34,233 bases of DNA from assembly GCA_046754205.1 (NCBI GenBank), contig JBHHVK010000001.1, positions 1 through 34,233 of the forward strand, written 5' to 3'. The DNA comes from Thermodesulfobacteriota bacterium. Lineage in GTDB: Bacteria; Desulfobacterota; GWC2-55-46; JBHHVK01. Under the pieces are notes generated by a model. The model was not told the DNA's origin. It saw only the letters and a list, made by a program, of their open reading frames with translations, and made no database searches. This document shows positions 16,511 through 24,471 of this stretch, in pieces. Within the stretch, counting starts at the first letter, position 1, and each line of letters begins with the position of its first letter. Both the position numbers and the translations under genes were made by a program.

Positions 16511-17293
16511 ATGCAGGCACCTGCTACCGGACACGAGGAAGAATGGGAGACAAGTCCATGGCCGCTGATACTGAGCCTCGGGATACTCTTTCTCGCCCCA
16601 TTCACCTTCTCCCTGTACTTCGTCTATGACAAGCCGACACTTGCGGTGGTCTCTCTGGGCATAGGCGTCCCCCTGGTGTTAATCTCCGTAATCGGCTGGC
16701 TCAGGGAGGCCGTCGAGCACTCCCACATGCACGTACACCTCCACGGCGAGGAGCTTGGCTACGGCATCGACGCCATGCCCTTTTTCATCATCGCCGAGGC
16801 CTTCATATTCGTGGCCTTCTTCGCCACCTACTGGGTAACGAGGCTTTCCGCCCCGGAGTGGCCGCCTGCGGGCACGCCCCATCTGCCGGTGCTCATCCCG
16901 ATCATCATGACGGTGCTCCTGGTCTCATCGAGCGTCACCGTCCACGCGGCCGAGCACCAGCTCGTCCACAAGAACAACAACTCCGGGTTCATCTTCTGGC
17001 TCGTCATCACCATGCTCCTCGGCCTCGGCTTTCTCGGCCTCTCGATAAACGAGTGGAGCACCCTGTTCGGCGAGGGCTTCAACTTCAGGACCAACATATA
17101 CTCAACGGCCTTCTTCAGCATAACAGGCTTCCACGGCTCCCACGTCTTCGTCGGCCTGGCGATGTTCGTCTGCGCCCTCCTTCCCGCACTCTGGGGCAGG
17201 GCCAACAAGACCTTCATGCAGGCGGTGGGCTTCTACTGGCACTTCGTCGACATAATCTGGTTCTTCGTCGTCTCCCAGATCTACTTCTGGTAG
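16511..17293 (+). CDS. ctaE: Haem-copper oxidase subunit III with an N-terminal extension of about 90 aa containing two TM helices
   Basis: Subunit III blocks are present: FFIIAEAFIFVAFFATYW, FFSITGFHGSHVFVGL, GFYWHFVDIIWFFVV. RBS AAGGAGG lies upstream. The N-terminal region (SPWPLILSLGILFLAP..VVSLGIGVPLVLISVIGW) is extra relative to the 5-TM core. Confidence 0.9.
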   Translation: MQAPATGHEEEWETSPWPLILSLGILFLAPFTFSLYFVYDKPTLAVVSLGIGVPLVLISVIGWLREAVEHSHMHVHLHGEELGYGIDAMPFFIIAEAFIFVAFFATYWVTRLSAPEWPPAGTPHLPVLIPIIMTVLLVSSSVTVHAAEHQLVHKNNNSGFIFWLVITMLLGLGFLGLSINEWSTLFGEGFNFRTNIYSTAFFSITGFHGSHVFVGLAMFVCALLPALWGRANKTFMQAVGFYWHFVDIIWFFVVSQIYFW

Positions 17294-17320
17294 GCCCTGG
17301 ATAAAAGGCGGTTAAAGCAG

Positions 17321-18142
17321 GTGTATACGAGGTTTTTAGCGCTCATCGCCATAACGGTCCTCCTGGGGGCCGACCGGGCCCGCGCCGAGTACGGCCGGAC
17401 CACGGATACCCAGATCGACCCCTCGGTGGTGATGATAGATGAGGACAGCTATCTCGGCGCGAAGGTGGACCCGGGGTACCGCTTCCTCGCCTTCGATGGC
17501 CGGGAGTTCACCATGGGCGACATGCTCGGCAGGCCGCTCGTCCTGATTCTCTCTTACTTCGACTGCGACGGGGCCTGCCCCACCATCAACTCCGGGCTCA
17601 GAAAAACCCTGAAGGGGGTTGAAGGGTACGCCCTCGGCGCCGACTACAGCGTCCTTACCGTCTCCTTCGACGCCGAGGACACAAAAGACGACATCGGGAT
17701 GTTCGAGAAGAAGGCCGGCATCGGCGCCGCCGAGAGGGGGGACTGGCGCGTGGCGGTCATGAAGGACCCCGCGGACATAGAGAGGCTTACCGGCAGCGTC
17801 GGCTTCAAGTTCTTCTGGTCCAAGAGGGACAAACTGTTCGTCCACTCGAGCGTATACATCTTCCTGTCCCCCGAGGGCAGGGTCACCAGGTACCTCTATT
17901 CCGCCATGGCCGGCCCGCGCGACGTGGAGGTGGCCATAGCCGAGGCCGGGTTCGGCAACCCCGGCAAGTCCAAGGTAAAGGACCTGACGGACCTGCTTCT
18001 CGTGGCCTGCTACAGCTATAACTTCAAGGAAGGTAGATATACGCTTAACTATCCCCTCTTCATCGCAACGGGCTCCCTCGCCGGGGGCCTTGCACTTATA
18101 GGGCTTTCAATAGTCATCTCCAAAAAAAAGGCACGGAGGTAA
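17321..18142 (+). CDS. sco: SCO1/SenC-family copper chaperone (thioredoxin fold) with a C-terminal TM anchor
   Basis: GTG start. SCO motif LILSYFDCDGACP (CxxxCP), with the conserved His in LFVHSSVYIFLSPEGRV. It lies between the oxidase subunit genes. Confidence 0.85.
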   Translation: MYTRFLALIAITVLLGADRARAEYGRTTDTQIDPSVVMIDEDSYLGAKVDPGYRFLAFDGREFTMGDMLGRPLVLILSYFDCDGACPTINSGLRKTLKGVEGYALGADYSVLTVSFDAEDTKDDIGMFEKKAGIGAAERGDWRVAVMKDPADIERLTGSVGFKFFWSKRDKLFVHSSVYIFLSPEGRVTRYLYSAMAGPRDVEVAIAEAGFGNPGKSKVKDLTDLLLVACYSYNFKEGRYTLNYPLFIATGSLAGGLALIGLSIVISKKKARR

Positions 18143-18146
18143 GGCC

Positions 18147-18899
18147 ATGACCGGGCGATTCCATAGACTTACACTCTTCTTGCTGCCGCTTTTCCTCGTA
18201 GTCCCGGCCGCCGCCGCTTTCGCCTATGAGCAGGCGGGAGAGGGGGGGCACGGTGCGGGCATGCGCGACCCGGCGGTCGGGTTCGAACACCTCTGGCGCG
18301 AGGTGCTGTGGGACATTACCATCATCGGTGTCGGATTCGCATTGGTCGCCGTCTACCTGATGATCAAATACAGGAGAAAGAGCCCCGGCCAGGAAGGCGG
18401 GGGGCCGAGGCTCACGCTGGTCCAGTCCCTTACCTGGGCGCTCATACCAGTCTTCATATTCATGGCGGACGACATATACCTCGCCGCCAAGGGGTGGACC
18501 CTCTGGAACGAATACAGGAGGGTCCCCGACGGGGCCTACGAGGTGGAGCTCAAGAGCGCCATGTGGAGCTGGAACTTCACTCACGAGGGCGGGGTGGAGG
18601 CCACGAACGAGCTCCGTGTCCCGGCGGGCCGCCCGGTGCTCGTGAAGATGACGAGCATGGACACGGTGCACAGTATGTACCTGCCCGACTTCAAGGTCAA
18701 AGAGGACTCCATGCCCGGACGCATAACGTACCTCTGGTTCCTCCCGAAGGAGCCCGGAGAGCACCTGATAACCTGCGCAGAGTACTGCGGCATGCTCCAC
18801 TCGAGCATGATTGGCAAGGTGATAGCCATGCCCGAGGAGGAGTTCTTCAGCTGGCTTCACGAGGAGCAGCGTAAAGTTAAAGGAGGTACTCAGTCATGA
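18147..18899 (+). CDS. ctaC: Cytochrome c oxidase subunit II (CuA; no fused cytochrome c domain)
   Basis: CuA ligands are present: VHSMYLP ... CAEYCGMLHSSM (H..CxExCGxxHxxM). There is no CxxCH motif anywhere in the protein. The stop overlaps the ctaD start (ATGA at 18896-18899). Confidence 0.92.
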   Translation: MTGRFHRLTLFLLPLFLVVPAAAAFAYEQAGEGGHGAGMRDPAVGFEHLWREVLWDITIIGVGFALVAVYLMIKYRRKSPGQEGGGPRLTLVQSLTWALIPVFIFMADDIYLAAKGWTLWNEYRRVPDGAYEVELKSAMWSWNFTHEGGVEATNELRVPAGRPVLVKMTSMDTVHSMYLPDFKVKEDSMPGRITYLWFLPKEPGEHLITCAEYCGMLHSSMIGKVIAMPEEEFFSWLHEEQRKVKGGTQS

Positions 18900-20485
18900 G
18901 CGCACAGGGAGGCTTCGGCAAGACCTTGAAGGAGTGGATATTCTCCACTGACCACAAGAAGATCGGGGTGATGTACCTTATCGGGTCGCTGGCGGCCTTC
19001 GCCATAGCCGGGCTCATAGCGCTCCTCATAAGGATCGAGCTCTCCAAGGTGGGGCCCACGCTGACGGACAACCCCAACACCTACAACGTCTGGCTCTACT
19101 TCCACGGCGCGGCCATGATCCTCGGCTTCCAGATACCGGCGCTCACGGGGTTTTTCGCCAATTACCTCATCCCTCTTCAGATAGGGGCGAAGGACGTGGC
19201 CTTCCCGAGGCTCAACGCCTTCAGTCTCTGGCTCTTCTGGGCGGGGATAATCCTGGCGCTCCTGACCTTCGTCATACCCGATCCCCCGGACATCATGTGG
19301 ACCGGCTACCCCCCTTACTCGATAATGACGCCGGGCAATACGGCCATGTACACCTTCACGGTCCTGATCCTCGGCTTCGCCTCGATAGCGGGAGGCATCA
19401 ACCTCATAGTCACCATAATAAACATGCGCGCCCCGGGCATGACCTGGGGCAAGCTCAACATCTTCGTATGGGCCACCCTCGGGGCGTTCCTCATCCAGCT
19501 CGTCTTCGTCCCGGTGCTCGGCAGCGCCGTCACCATGATCACCTTCGACAAGTACCTGGGGACGAGCTTTTTCAGCCCCGGCAACGGCGGTGACGTGCTC
19601 CTCTATCAGAATCTCTTCTGGTTCTACTCCCACCCGGCGGTCTACGTCATCCTGCTGCCCTTTATCGGGATAATCTTCGAGATAGTCGCCACCTTCGCCA
19701 GAAACAGGATATTCAACTACAGGGTGGCCGTCTACGGCGGCATCTTCGGGGTCGTCGCCATCTCCGGAGAGGTCTGGATCCACCACCTCTACACCTCGGG
19801 CATGCCCAACTGGATAAGGATAGGCATGATGATCTCCACGCTCATGATAAGCGTGCCCGTGGGGCTTCTGGTCATAAGCCTGGTGGGGACGCTGTACAGG
19901 GGGGCCATCGAGTACAAGACGCCCATGCTCTACGCGGTGGGCTTCATTTTTCTCTTCCTCATAGGGGGCCTTACGGGCATACCCCACGCCCTGGCCGCCC
20001 TCGACCTTCAGCTGCAGGACACCCACTTCGTGGTGGCACACTTTCACTACGTCATGGCGGTCGCGGGCACCTTCGGCATCATCGGGGGCGTCTACTACCT
20101 CTTCCCCAAGATGAGCGGCAAGATGTACAACGAGGGGCTCGGAAAGCTCGCCTTCGTCTTCACCTTCATAGGGGCCAACCTGACCTTCTTCACCATGTTC
20201 ATCGTCGGACTGAAGGGCATGCCGAGGAGGTACTTCGACTACTCCCAGATGCCGCAGCTCGAACACCTCCATCAGATAGTCACCCTCGGGGCCTTCATAC
20301 TCGGCTTCGGAGTTCTTCTTACCTTCATAAGCTGGATACACGGGCTGGTGGCGGGCAGGAAGGCCCCGGACAACCCCTGGGGCTCGAGGTCGCTCGAGTG
20401 GACGACGAGCACACCTCCCGGGCCCGGCAACTGGCCCGAGGTGCCGAACTGCGAGGACTTCGATCCCTATGGATACGGCTCCTGA
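18896..20485 (+). CDS. ctaD: Cytochrome c oxidase subunit I, A2-type
   Basis: Canonical blocks are present: STDHKKIGVMYL, helix VI FWFYSHPAVYVILLP (the YSHPxV signature of A2-type enzymes, rather than GHPEV), WIHHLYTSG, and FVVAHFHYVM. Confidence 0.95.
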   Translation: MSAQGGFGKTLKEWIFSTDHKKIGVMYLIGSLAAFAIAGLIALLIRIELSKVGPTLTDNPNTYNVWLYFHGAAMILGFQIPALTGFFANYLIPLQIGAKDVAFPRLNAFSLWLFWAGIILALLTFVIPDPPDIMWTGYPPYSIMTPGNTAMYTFTVLILGFASIAGGINLIVTIINMRAPGMTWGKLNIFVWATLGAFLIQLVFVPVLGSAVTMITFDKYLGTSFFSPGNGGDVLLYQNLFWFYSHPAVYVILLPFIGIIFEIVATFARNRIFNYRVAVYGGIFGVVAISGEVWIHHLYTSGMPNWIRIGMMISTLMISVPVGLLVISLVGTLYRGAIEYKTPMLYAVGFIFLFLIGGLTGIPHALAALDLQLQDTHFVVAHFHYVMAVAGTFGIIGGVYYLFPKMSGKMYNEGLGKLAFVFTFIGANLTFFTMFIVGLKGMPRRYFDYSQMPQLEHLHQIVTLGAFILGFGVLLTFISWIHGLVAGRKAPDNPWGSRSLEWTTSTPPGPGNWPEVPNCEDFDPYGYGS

Positions 20486-20515
20486 CGGCTCGGGGCGCGT
20501 TAAGCAGCGGAGGCG

Positions 20516-21427
20516 ATGATGTTCAGAACGGATGCGATAACACCGAAGCTCGGTCTCATGCTCGGCTCGACCGTGCTCTTCACCTATCTTCTGATGGTCA
20601 TGGGGACTTTCGTCACCTCGACGGGCTCAGGGCTCGCCTGCCCCGACTGGCCGCTCTGCTACGGCTCGGTGGCCCCGCCGCTTGAGCTCTCCATCTGGTT
20701 CGAATGGGGGCACAGGCTCCTCGGGGGCATTACGGGCGTGCTCATAATATCCTCCACGCTCCTGGTCTGGAAGTACCAGCGGGGGATGCCGAGGGCGCTC
20801 ACCGCCGTTATCCTCGCCTTCCTCGCCGTTGCGGTCTTGCTCGGCGGGGTCACGGTGCTCCTCGAGGCCCCGCTCCTCGAGGGATTCGCCCACGTGGCCG
20901 TGATATCCACCCACCTGGTGATAGCCACGCTGGTGCTCACCTGCCTCGTCTTTACGCTGAGATACGTCGTCGGCTCCGGGGCGGACACTTCGATGAGATA
21001 TCTGCCCTACCTCTTCGGGGCGGTCTACCTGCAGGTCATATTGGGCATCCTCGTCCGGTACTCCGGCGCCACGCTCGCCTGCCCGGACTTCCCGCTCTGC
21101 AACGGCGCGGTCGTGCCCGATTTCACCGGCTACGCCGTGGCGCTCCACTACACTCACAGGGTGCTCGCCCTGTTGATATTCCTCGCCGCGGGGGCGGCCC
21201 TCCTGAGGGCCGTAAGGGGCGGTGGCGGGAAGAGGACCGCCGCCGTGGTCTTCGCACTTGTCTCCTGCCAGGCGGTCTTCGGCATGCTCGTGGTCCTTAC
21301 GGGCATGTTCCTGCCGGTGATAATCATGCACGGCGCAACCGGTTTCATGCTCCTCGGCTATCTCGCCTACCAGTCCATGCCCCTGCTCTTCGGCGCGGGA
21401 GCGGAAAGGAGCCCGGTACGGTCATGA
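20516..21427 (+). CDS. ctaA: Haem A synthase (COX15/CtaA)
   Basis: STGSGLACPDWPLCYG and a second half ATLACPDFPLCNG, with the conserved His residues (EWGHR, YTHR). RBS GGAGG is present. The stop overlaps the ctaB start (ATGA at 21424-21427). Confidence 0.9.
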   Translation: MMFRTDAITPKLGLMLGSTVLFTYLLMVMGTFVTSTGSGLACPDWPLCYGSVAPPLELSIWFEWGHRLLGGITGVLIISSTLLVWKYQRGMPRALTAVILAFLAVAVLLGGVTVLLEAPLLEGFAHVAVISTHLVIATLVLTCLVFTLRYVVGSGADTSMRYLPYLFGAVYLQVILGILVRYSGATLACPDFPLCNGAVVPDFTGYAVALHYTHRVLALLIFLAAGAALLRAVRGGGGKRTAAVVFALVSCQAVFGMLVVLTGMFLPVIIMHGATGFMLLGYLAYQSMPLLFGAGAERSPVRS

Positions 21428-22320
21428 ATAACGAATACGCCGCACACAGGGCCGAAGCCTTCGGGGGTCCGGTCGCCGACTACCTGATACTCACCAAGCC
21501 CGGCATAGTGGGGCTCGTGCTCGTCTCGACGCTGGCCGGGGTATATCTCGGCGGCAGGGGGATGGTGGAGCTGCCTCTCATGCTCTGGACGCTTGCCGGC
21601 GTGGGGCTCGCCACCGCCGGCTCGGCCATGCTGAACAACTACATCGACAGGGACATAGACAGGCTCATGCCCAGGACGTCGTCGAGGGCGCTCGCCGCCG
21701 GCACCGTACGGCCCGCCCTGGCGCTCGCCTCGGGTGTCGCGCTCGTCGCGCTCTCCGCGGCCCTTCTCGCCCTTGAGGTCAACGTCCTTACGGCGGCCCT
21801 CTCGGCCGCGGCCGTTTTCTTCTACGTCGTCCTCTACGGGATGCTCATGAAGAGGAGGACCTCCTGGGCAAACCAGGTCGGGTGCGTGGCCGGGGCGCTC
21901 CCCCCTGTGCTCGGGTACGCCGCGGCCACGGGCACCGTGCCGCTCGAGGCCGTGGCGCTCTTCGCGCTCGTCACCTTCTGGCAGCAGCCCCACGCCCTGA
22001 GCCTCGCGCTCAAGTACAGGGACGAGTACGCTGCCGCCGGCATACCGGTGGTCCCGGTGGCGCTCGGGGTTTCGAGGACGAAGACGAGGATCGCCCTGTA
22101 CACCGCCCTCTTGCTGCCCCTGTCCATAGTCCCCTATCTCCTGGGCATGACTGGCACGGTCTATCTCCTTGCGGCCCTGCCGCTCGGGGCGTTCTACCTG
22201 GCCCTGGCCGTGAGGTTTCTCGCTTCGAAGCGGAGCACGGACATGTTCCTCTTCTTCTACTCCATCGTCTATCTCACCAGTGTCTTCACGGTCATGGTGG
22301 CGGACATGAGGATCATTTAA
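21424..22320 (+). CDS. ctaB: Protohaem IX farnesyltransferase (haem O synthase)
   Basis: The true start is ATG 21424 (MNNEYAAHRAE..DYLILTKPGIV). UbiA-family motif NNYIDRDIDRLMPRTSSRAL is present. The 5' 720 nt of track ORF 20704..22320 is an out-of-frame read-through of ctaA. Confidence 0.92.
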   Translation: MNNEYAAHRAEAFGGPVADYLILTKPGIVGLVLVSTLAGVYLGGRGMVELPLMLWTLAGVGLATAGSAMLNNYIDRDIDRLMPRTSSRALAAGTVRPALALASGVALVALSAALLALEVNVLTAALSAAAVFFYVVLYGMLMKRRTSWANQVGCVAGALPPVLGYAAATGTVPLEAVALFALVTFWQQPHALSLALKYRDEYAAAGIPVVPVALGVSRTKTRIALYTALLLPLSIVPYLLGMTGTVYLLAALPLGAFYLALAVRFLASKRSTDMFLFFYSIVYLTSVFTVMVADMRII

Positions 22321-22338
22321 AAGAGAGGTATACCGGAG

Positions 22339-22455
22339 ATGTCGAACGCCAAGTCCGATGACTCAAGGAAAAAGCAGAAGAGCGCCCTTGTAATAGGCCT
22401 CCTTGTGCTCTTCAACTTCATCGTCGTCTGGGTGGTGCTCGCCTGGAGGCTCTGA
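22339..22455 (+). CDS. 38-aa single-TM micro-protein (not in the ORF track)
   Basis: Manual translation: MSNAKSDDSRKKQKSALVIGLLVLFNFIVVWVVLAWRL. RBS AAGAGAGG lies about 10 nt upstream. Codon usage is typical of this window. The stop overlaps the next start (TGATG at 22453-22457). The layout (charged N-terminus plus one TM helix) resembles the 34-aa subunit IIa of Thermus ba3 oxidase. Confidence 0.6.
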   Translation: MSNAKSDDSRKKQKSALVIGLLVLFNFIVVWVVLAWRL

Positions 22456-22859
22456 TGGGCCTGGAGTGGGCGCTCGCCACGGCAAGCCAGGCGGCGATAG
22501 CCGCAAGCGGGCTCCTCGTGGCCGCGGGCGTGGTCCTGGTAAGGCTCGGCCACCGGGACCTCCACAGGCGCGCCATGCTCACGGCCTGCGCCTTCGCCGT
22601 GGTCTTCGTCGTCCTCTACGTGGCAGGCTCGACGCTCTTTCCCCCGGAGCGGTACTCGGGCGGCATGAGGCGGCTCTTCTATTCGCTCCTCTGGTCTCAT
22701 ACCCTCTTGTCGCTGGTAAACCTCCCCCTTGCCGTCGTAACGGTCTACCTCGCCTTCAGGGGCAGGTTCGACCGCCACAGGCGGGTGGCGCCCTTTACGG
22801 CCGGGGTCTGGATGTACGTGGCCGCCTCGGGGTGGACGATATTCCTCATGAACGGATGA
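22455..22859 (+). CDS. ctaM: DUF420 / CtaM-like 4-TM membrane protein (oxidase biogenesis-associated)
   Basis: 134 aa with four TM helices. Conserved-His pattern: GHRDLHRRAM, LLWSHTLLSLVNLPL, FDRHRRVAPFTAGVWMYV. This matches my recollection of DUF420. It sits downstream of ctaA-ctaB. Confidence 0.7.
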   Translation: MGLEWALATASQAAIAASGLLVAAGVVLVRLGHRDLHRRAMLTACAFAVVFVVLYVAGSTLFPPERYSGGMRRLFYSLLWSHTLLSLVNLPLAVVTVYLAFRGRFDRHRRVAPFTAGVWMYVAASGWTIFLMNG

Positions 22860-22874
22860 TGCGGGCCTGACGCC

Positions 22875-24284
22875 ATGTTCGATAGATGTGAAAAGAGCAC
22901 GAGGAGACTCCTTCTCGGCTGGCTGGGGCTGGCGGTCTTCTCGCTCCTCTTCGCCGGGCTTTTCGCCATACTCATAGTGCTGGCGAGGACCCCGGGGGTG
23001 GAGGGGCTCCTTGCCGTGGGCCGGGACTACGTCTACGTGGGCCTTGTGGGGCACGTGGTCCTCGCCTTCGTCATCTGGTTTCTCGCCTTCGAGGGTTTCC
23101 TCTGGGTCTATACGACGACGGCCTTTATCGGCCACGCCGAGGCCTCGGCTGGCCTCGGCTTCGCCTCTCTCGCCCTTTCGGCCCTCGGGGTCGGCCTCGT
23201 GGTCGTCTCGGCCGCCGGGGGGCTCGGCGCCCCGGTGCTCGCCAACTACGTCCCCGTGCTCATGACCCCCTGGTTCTACGCGGGGCTCGCGCTCTTCGCC
23301 GCCGGCATAGTCGGGACGATCGCAAACTCCTTTGCTACGGCGTGGAAGGCGCGCCGCGCGGGCGCGGTCCTCCCGGCCCCGGCCTTCGGCATGATGGTGG
23401 CCGGCGTGGCGGTCCTTACGGCCTTCGTCTGCTTCGCCCTGGTCGGCTGGTTCCAGTGGCGGGCCGGGGGGGCAATAGACTTCGAGCGCCTCAACTGGGG
23501 CGGCGGCCACGTCCTCCAGTTCGCCAACACCGTTGCCGTCGTATCGGTGTGGCTCTACCTCTCGGAGAAGGCCTTCGGCCCCGGGGGCGTGCTCGTCGGA
23601 GGCCGGACGGCCAGGGCCCTCTTTCTCGTCTACCTCGCCTTCATAATCCCGGCCCCATTCATATACATCTTCGGCGACCCCTCGGCCCAGTCCCACCTCG
23701 ACGCCTTCACCTGGCTCATGCGCTGGGGCCACGGCCCCTCCACCGGGCTTTTCATCCTCGCCGGGCTTTACGCGATTATCCGCAGAGGAGAGTTCCCCTG
23801 GAAGGACCCGGTCTTCTCCTCGCTCCTCCTCTCCATGATCATCTACGTCGTGGGAGGGTTGATCGCCATGGACATCCGCGGGGTGAACACCAAGATACCG
23901 GCGCATTACCACTCGGTAATAGTTGCCATCACCATAGCCTTCATGGCCGTATTCTACCTCGTCATGCCGCTCGTGGGCAGGAGGGTCTGGAGCGGCCGGA
24001 TGGCCTCGGTTCAGCCGTACCTCTACAGCTTCGGGATAGTGCTCTTCGTCGCCGGCCTTTACGTCGCCGGTTCCTACGGCATGGAAAGGAAGGCGATGGC
24101 CGGGGCGCAGAACCTCGACACCTTCTGGAAGACCTTCGGCATGGCGCTCATGGGCTTCGGGGGGCTGGTGGCCATCTCCGGCGGGGTGACCTTCGTCTGG
24201 AACGCTCTGATGAGCCTCTTTTCGACCTCGGCGAGGCGTAGGCCCTCCGGCGGGCATTTGCCCTTGACCGGGGGCGCCCGTTAA
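22875..24284 (+). CDS. Divergent B-family-like haem-copper oxidase subunit I paralog that apparently lacks the CuB site
   Basis: 469 aa with 12 predicted TM helices. By-eye alignment to Thermus ba3 subunit I (recalled from memory) gives: GLVGH60VVL ~ GLTLH72GVL (haem b ligand). WGGGH212VLQF ~ WWTGH233PIVY (one CuB His kept, the cross-link Tyr replaced by Phe216). PAPFI263Y264IFGDPS ~ PVGFH282H283QFADPG (both helix VII CuB His lost). EFPWKDPVF ~ ALPWDNPAF. IPAH344YH346 ~ VPGH384FH386 (both haem ligands kept). No subunit II gene is adjacent. Confidence 0.7.
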   Translation: MFDRCEKSTRRLLLGWLGLAVFSLLFAGLFAILIVLARTPGVEGLLAVGRDYVYVGLVGHVVLAFVIWFLAFEGFLWVYTTTAFIGHAEASAGLGFASLALSALGVGLVVVSAAGGLGAPVLANYVPVLMTPWFYAGLALFAAGIVGTIANSFATAWKARRAGAVLPAPAFGMMVAGVAVLTAFVCFALVGWFQWRAGGAIDFERLNWGGGHVLQFANTVAVVSVWLYLSEKAFGPGGVLVGGRTARALFLVYLAFIIPAPFIYIFGDPSAQSHLDAFTWLMRWGHGPSTGLFILAGLYAIIRRGEFPWKDPVFSSLLLSMIIYVVGGLIAMDIRGVNTKIPAHYHSVIVAITIAFMAVFYLVMPLVGRRVWSGRMASVQPYLYSFGIVLFVAGLYVAGSYGMERKAMAGAQNLDTFWKTFGMALMGFGGLVAISGGVTFVWNALMSLFSTSARRRPSGGHLPLTGGAR

Positions 24285-24320
24285 TGGTATTTATTGAAAA
24301 AGAGTGAATGACGCCGAACT

Positions 24321-24394
24321 GCGGGCGTAATTCAATGGTAGAATGGAAGCTTCCCAAGCTTCATACGTGGGTTCGATTCCCATCGCCCGCTCCA
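24321..24394 (+). tRNA. tRNA-Gly (anticodon CCC)
   Basis: Manual cloverleaf: acceptor GCGGGCG/CGCCCGC, D stem ATTC/GAAT, anticodon stem GAAGC/GCTTC with loop TTCCCAA, variable loop ATAC, T arm GTGGG-TTCGATT-CCCAT, discriminator T, and an encoded CCA. Confidence 0.93.
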
Positions 24395-24402
24395 TATTAA
24401 AA

Positions 24403-24425
24403 CCCTCCCGGCCGGGAGGGTTTTT
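24403..24425. terminator. Bidirectional intrinsic terminator between the tRNA and the convergent lyase gene
   Basis: Perfect hairpin CCCTCCCGG/CCGGGAGGG (24403-24420), flanked by TTTTT on the plus strand and by an A-rich run upstream (TTTTAAT on the minus strand). Confidence 0.8.
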
Positions 24426-24471
24426 GAATTAAAGCCCCGTAGGTTGGGTCAGCGGAGCGTAACCCGACAGG

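Noticed and set aside
16309-16605. 98-aa minus-strand ORF across the cox leader and the ctaE start.
   Set aside because: It is antisense to the predicted leader and to a well-supported gene. It has no motif and no RBS.
18147-18899. Whether subunit II carries a fused cytochrome c, which would make this a caa3-type oxidase.
   Set aside because: The 250-aa protein has no CxxCH motif. Its only Cys pair is the CuA CAEYCG motif.
20704-21423. The 5' part of the 538-aa track ORF 20704..22320, suggesting a much longer CtaB.
   Set aside because: This part is an out-of-frame read-through of ctaA and translates to Arg/Pro/Gly-rich sequence. Recognisable CtaB sequence begins at ATG 21424, which forms an ATGA overlap with the ctaA stop.
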